64,000 nucleotides of DNA from Chara braunii (lineage: Eukaryota; Plantae; Charophyceae), in NCBI GenBank assembly GCA_003427395.1, contig BFEA01000036.1, positions 111,871-175,870 of the forward strand, read 5' to 3'. The position numbers and the translations under genes were made by a program. Below, in pieces: positions 25,451-35,717 of the stretch. Below the pieces are notes generated by a model, which was given only the letters and a program-made list of their open reading frames with translations, ran no database searches and was not told the DNA's origin. The stretch's first letter is position 1, and every line of letters starts with the position of its first letter.

Positions 25451-26089
25451 TCACAATCACTCGTTTGTTATCCTCTTCTTCTTCTCTCATAAACTTTACT
25501 CAATGATATATTTAATAACTTTCACTCACACTTTGAAAGTTATTAAATATATCATTGAAAAGTGTTTGCATGTCACGTAAGTTTTTTTTTCGAATAGCGT
25601 GCATCTAACAATTGCGAGTATTATTCCACAATTTTTTTTACTCTTATGTGAGGATAGGCTACAAGTTGGGTGACAATTTTCACCAGTACATATGGTAGTC
25701 CATGTCATCTTTTATATTCACTTAACTTGAGAAGGTAATTTTCAACAACTTTTTTATTTTTTGTGAGGGAGCAACTTTATATGGTTAAATTTTTCACTCG
25801 CGGTACGTTGTCATTCATGCCTTAAAGCACCAGTACACCATACATCGACCCGCTGATGTAAGCATGAAACACCCGCACCACTTCAGAGGCCGATGATTTT
25901 CTTTTCAACAGCATCTCAAACCGCGTGGCCCCTTCGAGTTTTGTTTGTGGCGACAAAAACTTAGTGTGAGGTTGGGGTCGTGTACTGATGGTTTAAACCT
26001 ATATCAGTTAGTGACTCAGACTTTGTGCTGATGTCACTAACAGCTTTGCATAAAAGTAGGTGTATGTCATATATTGACTATGCTTGTTG

Positions 26090-28190
26090 TTTTTTCACTT
26101 TATTATTAACTCGTATATATTCATGTGTGATTTATTTTTTATTTTTTATTTTTTTAAATGGCTCCTTCTATTATGGGGAGCATCAGTTTGGTTCCTATTC
26201 CACCGGCAAGTCGGAAAACACATTATATTACATCAGAAACTCACGCTTCCTCCCGTTTGGCTGAAGGAGCCCTGAACAACATTCATTACTCTACTATTGG
26301 TAGAGGATTGACTGTCAGCTTGCCATGACTCACTCTTTCCTCTCAGACCTGAAAAACCAGCTTTGCCAGATAGTACTATATTACCAACTTGAAGAAAGAG
26401 TTCGCCCATTATTGTTTCTTCTTGCCTGTGCTTCCCCACTCATCAGCCCTACCCGTAAGTCACGATATCCCCTATCCCCTTGAGCCTTTCCCCCTTCTTT
26501 TGAATTCTACTAAAAACCCTAAATCCTAAGCCCTACCCCTCGCTTAGGAGGTATTATTTCCTCTTTGGGTGTACCATGTTTCGCTTAGCTTAGATGTCTT
26601 TCCAATACTGTTGTCATCTGATTCCTCCCATTGGATTCTGATTTATGCCAGTCTTTTCCGCCACCTTGCCTTCCAGCAACCATAGCATGTTGAATCTCTT
26701 TCTGTTCTAATCTTGTAGGTCCTCGTCCTCTGGTAACGATCGCTTCTGGCTCAACCACCTGCTTCGGATTTCTGCCTGCAATAAAGTTTTTGTTTCTGTC
26801 CACACCTTTCATCGCGGATTGGAGAGGCCTTCAATGGTTTTGCCGCATCTTTCCTTCCAAATGACCTACAGTGTCACCTTCTTAATTAATCCAAACCACA
26901 ACTGTTCTGTTTTCTTGAGATGGTCAAGGAGGTTAGTCCAAAGAAGAAGTTGGATAGGATGTTCGGGGAAGGGTGTTCTGAAGAGAGAGTCTCATAGAGC
27001 TGATGCCCGTGCCCAGTATTCCGTAGCTTCATTGCAGTAGAGTAGGCAATGTTATATGTCTTCCTGACTTCCTTCTATGCAAACAATGCATAAGTCCGAG
27101 CTACTTGGATCGTTCTTATAACATCTTGTATTTATCCATTTATGAACCGAGAGTGAAGCATATGTAATAAGCCACTGAAGGCTTCTGATTTTGATTGACT
27201 TTATCGTTTTGTATTTTTTTCAGGGGATCTGGGACAGGTTGTCAACTTCCTGTCCTAATAATTTTTGCCATCTGTTTCTGATTACCGGAGCGGTATCTTT
27301 TGTTTTAGTCAAAAAGTTTATACCCGAACTTAACTGAGTATTAATATATCGGGACCCTAGACTTGATATTGTTGTTTTTGTCTGGTATCCAATCCCATTC
27401 GGCTGGGTCGAATTCCAGGTTCCTCACTGTCGTATCTGGTCTAAAGATCTGTTTTGACCACTGACCTAGCACTCTTATTTTCCTAAGTAGATAGACCTTC
27501 ATAATTACCATTTCCACATCCTTATTTATTATCAATGGCATGCCTTGGAGCGACGATGAGATCGGAAAGGCCGAAAAGACAGCCTGTGTGGTTGATCTCG
27601 GGTGCATATGAGAGAATTGCAAAGCTCTTGAGGGGGGGCGTTCTTGCACTTTAAGTCCCCACTCCCCAGACTTCCACGATATGACCTCTTTTAGGATATT
27701 TTTCAAATTTGAATGGATTCTATCAATAATATAGTGAAAGTTGGATCCTTTTTTATGACAACCTTTCAGGAGCCCGTTCAGTTATTGTTCATTTATCCAC
27801 TTTTTTTTTTCTACCTTCTATAGATGACCGACTGTCCATACCCCGTTTTTGACCCAAGAGAGTCATCTTTGTTCTAAGACAAAGGGATTATTTCCCTCGT
27901 CAATCACCCAGCTGTTACCAAAAAGTGGTTGTCTTAGGACTTCATCTACGGACCTTGGCCTGTTCACCCTTTTTGGGAGAATTTCTCTTCATATCCGGAT
28001 CAGGGTCAACCAATAAGGGATGGTGCATCTGTCCGCGTCTTGTGTTGGTACACCTCTCTACCTTCTCCTTCCTTTTTTGAGCTTTCATTCCCTAGTCATT
28101 ATCCAGAACAGCCCAACCATGTTTTCGAGAGAGGTTACAGGTGCCAGAGCCTTGATGCTGTCGAGTGCCATTTTGTTCCATGGATGCAGT
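26090..28190 (-). mobile_element. 5'-truncated, degraded L1-type LINE (ORF2 C-terminus plus 3' UTR)
   Basis: Minus strand near 27030-27095 reads LCIVCIEGSQEDI*HCLLYC (zf-RVT CxxC..HxxxxC). Trp-rich broken frames; A-rich tail near 26090-26160. Boundaries approximate. Confidence 0.75.
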
Positions 28191-28501
28191 ACATGTGAAA
28201 ATTACGAGTTTTTTTTTTTAATTACATTTTTATATTTTGACTTATAATAAATGAAAACAAGAAAACGCTTACTTTTTGCAATTTCACTCTTTCTGTTCAA
28301 CCTATGAATTATGAAATACAAAATTGACAATCGTTAAACAAATTGAACCTTCAATTCTTTGTACTTTATCTCACTTTTTTTTAGTTTTATAAAAGTTGTT
28401 TTTTTTTAATTAAAATTTGTTAATTGGAATAAAATATTTTACATTTAATTTGATTGTACCTTTAATATTATCTCATATTAAAAATCAAAATTATTTTTAA
28501 G

Positions 28502-28781
28502 TTAGGCTACCAGCCGGGCCGCCCAGGTCCCGGGTGGCCAGCCCGTGCAAAAACCAGGGAAGGTCCCAACAAAAAATGAAAAAAAAAACAAATAAAAATT
28601 TTAAAAATCTTGAAAAAAAAACTATGTTATGCAAAAAAATAAACTAAACAACTATTGTTTCAGGGTTACATCCAAATGCTTCACCAAATCTAAAATAAAA
28701 ATATAACTTTGAAAATATTCTTTGTTTTTATTATTTTTGGCCCGGTCGGGCAAGTGACCCCGGACCATTCTGGTAGCCTAG
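28502..28781. mobile_element. MITE, same family as 24835-25122
   Basis: Same TIRs; perfect 8-bp TSD TTTTTAAG. Confidence 0.88.
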
Positions 28782-29434
28782 TTTTTAAGTGAAAATAATT
28801 TGACAATCCGACAATGCAGTACTTAATGGAGTCCATACTTATTAAGGAGATGAAAAATATATTTCCTTAATATATTTGACCACAATAAAGGCTTAACTTT
28901 GATGCATTTACGGTAAAATAATGTTCATATTTGAGTCATAACAAAATTTTATTGTGAATATACTTTCACACTTAAAATCAAAAGTGGTTGGATTGCCTCT
29001 CAACTTGTAATGCAAAAAAAAAAAAAACAGTAGGAAAAAAACTCTTAACATATTTGTTATAATTGTTTCAAGATTATGGGGATTTATTTTATGTCTTTCA
29101 AATTTGAACGAATGTTTTTTTTTTTACTTACCTCATAACAAATGGGTTCAAAGCCTATCACCTCGTCATTATAATTTAGTGATCTTCGAACAAAATATTT
29201 TCCTCGCTTGACCGTAATTTCAGTCAAGTATGTTACAGCGGTGTTAGCACGAGTACATACTTGAACCAACCCTTTCTTAAAGTGAAAAAAACTAAGAAAC
29301 AAAATTTCACTTGCAGACAAATATGAATATAAACGATTGTATCTTTTAAAAAAATAATTAAAAACTGCAAGAATGTTTAAGGAACCTCTTCTCGACCACT
29401 ATATATAGAAGATGCGGTGAGTGTATGTTTCCAC

Positions 29435-30050
29435 CTGGGTAGCACGGCGTACGTGTACGCGGGTTGCGCGTACACGTGTACACGTATTCCTGTACGCGAC
29501 ACGTACGCGCGTACACGTACTCCCGTACGTGGGAATACGTAAAACAAAAAAAAAAAAAAAACTATCATCGAAAAAATCTGAAAAAAAAGTATGTTATGCA
29601 AAACGATATTTCAAACAACGTTTGCCTAAGACTCATCTCGAAATTCTGTACCAAACTCGAGTTAAGAATCAAAGACACAAAAAATAAATAAATTGAAATA
29701 ATTAAAAAAAACTAGGAAAAAAACACAAAACAGTAAAAACAAACTTCTATAACAAATATATGTTATGCAGAAACATGATAAAAGCAACTTTTGCCCGGGA
29801 TTCATCCCCGAATTCCCAACCAAACTCGAGTAAGAAATTAAAAACTAAAAAAAAGGAAATGTTATCATAATAATTAAAAAACTATTTAAAAATATTTTTT
29901 TTATTTGTTAAATTTTTTTGATTTTTAAATCGAGATTGGTTTGGAATTCGGGTATGACTCCCAGGCAAATGTTGTTTGTGTCATTATTCTGCACAACATA
30001 CTTTTTTATCAGATGTTTTGATTTTTTTTTTTTTTTTTTTTTTTTTTTNA
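29435..30050. repeat. Repeat with a CGTAC-rich head and three copies (one inverted) of a motif shared with the MITE interior
   Basis: TATGTTATGCA...AAC(A/G)TTTGCC...ATC..GAA(A)TTC..ACCAAACTCGA near 29590 and 29760, and inverted at 29925-30000. Confidence 0.55.
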
Positions 30051-30211
30051 GCAGGGCAGCAGCGGGGCGCAGACGAGGCCGCGCACACACTCAACCCGGA
30101 GCAAAACACCACATGGCCAACTCACATCACGAATGAGCCTCGGAAACTGTCAACTCCCACCACCCACTGAGCAAGACTGAATGGCTGCTCTATTCGTACG
30201 TAACCGGATAC

Positions 30212-30252
<41 letters not shown>

Positions 30253-33069
30253 TATCGAACTCTCCCTCGCAGTTCGTCCCCTTCTTCACTCTTCACTTCC
30301 TGCTATACACAACACAACCCCTGTTCGCAAAAGCCTGCCTGATCCGTCTACCTCTAAACCTCTGAAATATGAGTTCTATTATGGTCGAGGAAGGCCACCG
30401 GAACGCCGATGATGGATGCGAAGCGCAGAGCCGGGCGACAACTATAGGAGGGGAGACTTCGACTACAGCCACAACCTCTGTCAATTGGCTCGAGCGTAGT
30501 CTCAGCGCCCTATTTTCTGGATCGTGGTGACTACTACGAAGATCAGTGCTCAAACCGTAGCAACGGTCTGGTTCAAAGATGCAACCACTGGCGAATAGAT
30601 CCTCGTGCCCCTCTTCGCTTGAACCCGCCGATCAATAGGCAAGCCTCGGACTTCGCGACCGTCCACAGCTACTCCCGTGACTAGGCGGGCAAACTCGAAT
30701 AGACCTTCTCCGAGAACTGGAAAGTGTACACAACTTTCTTGTTTGGCGCTCCCGCTCAAACCGCCAATCAACAGGTAAGCCTTCAATCCCATGGTCGGCT
30801 TTACGCACCTTCCTTCAGTAGCATGAGCATCATCCCGGCCGCTGGTCGCTATATTACTGTGCCCATCATGGGCTAAATGAGTGTGAACCTTCCGCTAGAC
30901 TGCGGACAGATGCATTTCACACTTTGAAGCTGACATCCCACACGCAGCCCCAACAACTCGCCGCTACTAACCGGCTTCCCCAATCCAGATTCTGCCTCCT
31001 CCAACGAGATCGCCCTGCCCCAACTCCTTAGTGCAGAGCCTCCTCTCACTCAGGTCGGTCGAGAAACGATCGAAGCTCCCTTATTTCTTCTTCCCTCTGT
31101 TTCCACCATAACCCTGGCACAGTGTCTTTCTCATCTATCTCTAATCTTGCTCTACTAACCTCAAAACTAACCGCACTATCCGTTTCGATCGGGGCAAAAC
31201 CCCCGAGATCGCATCTTTCCCCACCCGATTTCGTCAAGAATCGGGTGCAATAGAAGATATCATCCTCCTCTACTCCCTCACTCCCGCCATATCCCGCACA
31301 CCGTTTCTTCCTCCTAACTATGTTTCTACTAACTTGATAACTAATCTAACCTCATAGTCGTGTTCGCCCGGGGTTAAAACCCCCGGATCGTCTCTCTACT
31401 CGCACAATTCCGCAAGGAATCGAGCGAGCTATGCATATCCCGCTGCGCCATGCCCTGTCTCCACTCCGCCACCCCGTTCTTCGGTGTACATGCACCTGGC
31501 GCGATTCGTCGCCCAGGTCCACTCCTCTCCTTCACTGCCCTCACCCCCTGCTCCCCGACGCTCCACTCTGATACGGCATCTGGGCTGCGGGCGCTGTCCC
31601 TATCGCACGTCTTCTACCTCCTTCGCCTTTGTCCTCCCTCACTGTGTCCGAATGCACCTTCCGTCGGGGCCCGTCTGGATTCACTTGCCTATTCTCCTTC
31701 GTCCCCGTCTGCGCTCGATCCCTGTCTTAGCATTGTTCGCCCGACCGCTCCCCTGTTCCTCTGATCGCCTTTTGCCTCCCTACGCAACACCTCGGCTCCG
31801 GCTCTCTGTCGGGCGACAGTCCGACTAGGTCTTTCGCCGCTATTTCTGAGTCCAGCGGCGATTTGCACGGTGGTGCTCCTGCGAGCCCGCTCCTTTGCGC
31901 CCCTGGCGCCCGCTGTCGCCGATACGAGGGGCGATGCGCCGACCAAAACAGGTAGGTCCCTCCTCGCTATTGCGGCCTCCGCAGGCCGGATACAACCTAC
32001 TTACGAACACTAGCTGCGACCTTCATCCATACAACCCCGACCCCTAGCCTAGACCCCTAAGTCAACTGATACAGGTAGCGGTCGATGGTCAAGCCCGCTG
32101 AAAAGTGTGGCCTGCCTCAGGCGGTCGAGGTCACCCCGCCCCTTCAGCCTCTCAGCGGGCAAGCCCCGTTCCGACTCCTCATAGCAAGCCGTGGAGCCGA
32201 GGGCGCGAGCCTGCTATATGCCCTCGCGCGGCCCAGGTGAAACGGCCCGGTGCAGGTCCTTTTGCGGTGGTCGCAAGTATGCAAATAGCAACCTTGAAGG
32301 TCGACGGGGAGTCGGGTTTCCACGTAGACCACCCGTAAGTCAGACAACAAGGGGCGCATGCTCAAAGCCCTCGACCGCCGACGGCCTCCGATTTCGACGT
32401 CGCGGCCGAGTCAAGAAACACCGGAGCAAAATAATAATATGGCAATAAATAAAAAATATTTAATACTTCTTAACCGTCAAAATATGATGAACGAGGAGAA
32501 AGAACGAGCTACTACCATTCTTATGCCGCCAACGGCAAAACCAAGGGGGATAGCCCCGCCGGGCCCCTCGCGCCACTCTGATGCCCCCGCGTCGCTGCCG
32601 CTCGACCTCGATCCATGAACCCCCTTGACGAAAATCTGATACTGTAACCAATAGCGCTAGACCCAAGACTGGGTCTAGCTCTAGCGGACGCCTAAATAAA
32701 CGGGCACTGCGCGGCGCGCCAAGCTACCGAAACACCTACTTGTTGTCGATGTCATTCTCCGCACGTACGCACAGGTCGCAGACTATCACATCAGTCAACG
32801 AGACATAGTCCTTTTAATCCCTATTTAATCAGACGAAAAAAATCCGGTCGGCAATCACGTCGATTCCTCAATCATCAATCAATTAAGAAGATCACGCACG
32901 CCTCAAATCCGCGCGCCCACACACCCTTTACTCTAACCAACCATCCGGTTAACGTAAATCACAGACACAGCCGCGCCCCGCGCGGTATACTTAAACCTTA
33001 AACTAACTTATTTTCCTGTCACTTGCAAAATCCAGGGCGGATACCCTTGTAAGGGTATTCGCGCCGACA

Positions 33070-33260
33070 GCGGCGGGCGGAGGCGGGCACAGGACAACGG
33101 GGGAGGCGGCGGGCGGAGGAGGTGGCGGGAGGAGGCAGGCGGAGGCGGGCAGAGGTGGGCGGAGGCAGGCGGAGGCGGGCGGAAGCGGGCGGAGGCGAGC
33201 GGAGACGGGAGGAGGAGGAGGCGGGCAGAAGAAGAAGAAGAAGAAGAAGAAGAAGAAGAA

Positions 33261-33291
<31 letters not shown>

Positions 33292-33597
33292 GGCGGGTGA
33301 TGGCGGAGGAGGCAGGTAGGACACCTCAATCAATCAATCAATCAATCAATCAATCCGTCGATCTTGACGGATCATTTCGTTCATGATCTGTTGATATCGA
33401 CGGATCGTGAACGAAATGATGATCCGTCGAGATCGACGAATTGATTGATTGATTGATTGATTGTATGGGGCGGAGGACGACGGACGAGGCGGCGGGCGGA
33501 GGCGGTGGGCGCAGGCGGGAGGAGGAGGTGGCGGGCGGAGGCGGGCGGAGAGGGGCGGAGGCGGGATAAGAAGAAGAAAAATAATAAGAAGAAGAAG

Positions 33598-33644
<47 letters not shown>

Positions 33645-34830
33645 ATTGGTTGATTGATTGGTTGATTGGAGGCGGGTGATGGAGGAGGAGGCGGGTAGGA
33701 CGCCTCAATCAATCAATCAATTAGTGAATCACTCACTCACTCAATCAATCAATCAATCAATCCGTTGATCTTGATGGATCATTTCGTTCAAGATCCGTCG
33801 GTATCGACGGATCTTGAACGAAATGATCTGTCGAGAGCGACGGATTGATTGATTGATTGAATTGAATTGATTGATTGATTGTATGGGGCGGAGGACGACG
33901 GAGGAGGCGACGGGCAGAGGCGGGCGCAGGCGGGCGGAGGTGGGCGGAGACAGGCGGAGGCGGGTGGAGACGGGCGGAGGAGGTGGCGCGCGGAGACGGG
34001 CGGAGGCGGGAGGAGGAGGAGGTGGGCGGAAAAAAGAGAAGAAAAAAAAAAAAAAAACAGTAGATTGATTAATTGATTGATTGATTGATTGATTGATTGA
34101 CTGATTGATTGATTGATTGGAGGTGGGTGATGGCGGAGGAGGGGGGTATGACGCCTCATTCATTCAATCAATCAATCAATCCGTCGATCTCGACGGATCA
34201 TCGACGGATCATTTCCTCCAAGATCTGTCGATATCGACGGATCTTGAACGAAATGAGCCACCGAGATCGACAGATTGATTGTTTGATTGATTGATTGATT
34301 GATTAATGGATGGATGAATGGATGAATGGATGGATGGATGGATGGATGGATGGATGGATTGATTGTAAGGAGTGGAGGACGACGGAGGAGGCGACGAGCA
34401 CAGGCGGGCGGAGGTGGATGAAGAAGAATGAAAAAGAAGAAGACGAAGAAGAAAAATGAAAAAGGAGAAGGCGAAGAAGAATGAAGAAGACGACGAAGAA
34501 GAACAATGAAGAAGAAGAAGGTGAAGAAGAAGAATGAAGAAGAAGAAGGTAAAGAAGAAGAAGAAGAAGAAGAAGAAGAAAAAGAAGAAGAAGAGGAGGA
34601 CGAAGAAGTAGTGGACGACGAAGAAGAGGACAAAGAAGAAGAGGACAAAGAAGAAGAGGACGAAGAAGAAGAGGATGAAGAAGAAGGACGAAAAAGAGGA
34701 CGAAGAAGAGAACGAAGAAAAAGAGGACGACGACGAAGAAGAAGAAGACGGAAAAGAGGAGAAGATGGAGGTGGACTACAAGGACAACGACGAAGAAGAA
34801 GTAAAAGACGAAGAAGAACAATTTTGAATT
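33070..34830. repeat. Complex tandem array: (ATTG)n/(CAAT)n, GGCGGA-rich blocks, (GAA)n and three ~85-bp palindromes
   Basis: Three units about 410 bp apart, followed by (GGAT)n and a long GAA-rich tract. Confidence 0.9.
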
Positions 34831-34924
34831 TGAATTTGAAAGAGCGAGGCCAATCGCTACCCGTCCATGCCTTAGTGATAAACAGAACAACACCTGCACG
34901 GACACTCAGCTCAACGCGCACATT

Positions 34925-34969
34925 CCCCGACGCGTTTCGCCTGGCTCCGCACCAGGACTTCTCAAGGGG
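34925..34969 (-). ncRNA. Minimal type I hammerhead variant in the PLE terminal repeat
   Basis: CCCC UUGAGAA GUCCUGG UGCGGAG CCAGGC GAAACGCGUC GGGG. Stem I C4/G4, stem II, and the palindromic ACGCGU stem III typical of PLE hammerheads; core is non-canonical. Confidence 0.7.
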
Positions 34970-35717
34970 CATCCGCTCTCCAGCATCCACCGTGGCGATC
35001 CTTCCCAGAGCAAAGAGGGTCGTTCTGGCCTTGCCCGCAGTCATATAACAGGCCCAGCTTCCACGTCCGCACCCGCGGCCCACGACGCTGCAACTGACTG
35101 GCGGGTGTCGACTGGACTCACTCGTAACTGACCTGGCGTGCACGTAGGCAAGCCCTTCCTTCCAACAACCTCACGTGTGCGCCTCCACACGCGCTAAGTA
35201 TTCAAATTTGCACGTGCACTGGCTGTTGGTACGGGCTCCCTGTTGCGAAAAGGGCTCACAGCTCTAGCTTTTATATCCCAGGCCAGATTTATGCACTAGA
35301 TTCATACCATTCTGAACCCTCCAGACCACAAACCGGTTCCGACACTACTGGCCCCGGTGACGCTAGACTCTCCCTACTTCCTACTATCCTGCTATCATAG
35401 TATACACCCGGTGCTATTTGATACCGGCCTACTTAGTTACTACCTCATATTCGTTTCTCGTCTACCCCTGCCTCCTGTCTCTCCCCTTAGTACGTGTCAG
35501 CTACCGAACTACACCCCTTTTTTTTCCCCCACCCCGGGCCCATCTTTTCCTGCTATTAACCTACAGCCCGGTTTTACTTTTTTTGGGGGCTCTTATCTTA
35601 CTTTATTTGTACAACCCAGTCGTAACTAGGACCTACCACCCTGTCTCTCGCCCAACCCTGCTCGGCAACTACACCTAGCTATCTACAATATGGTACACGA
35701 GCGCTTCCCCATTCCTT

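Larger units (their letters stand above)
24357..25485 (+). mobile_element. Direct-repeat pair (~320 bp each), each ending in a type III hammerhead; candidate retrozyme
   Basis: 24357-24680 and 25167-25485 are clearly homologous, both carry the hammerhead near their 3' end, and a MITE interrupts the spacer. Confidence 0.75.

Noticed and set aside
33003-35143. Pro/Ser/Glu/Arg-rich ORFs and NQSINQS repeats
   Set aside because: Translations of microsatellite and low-complexity DNA; the same applies to the (CT)n/(GT)n ORFs at 2093-2558, 10529-10899 and 24119-24535.
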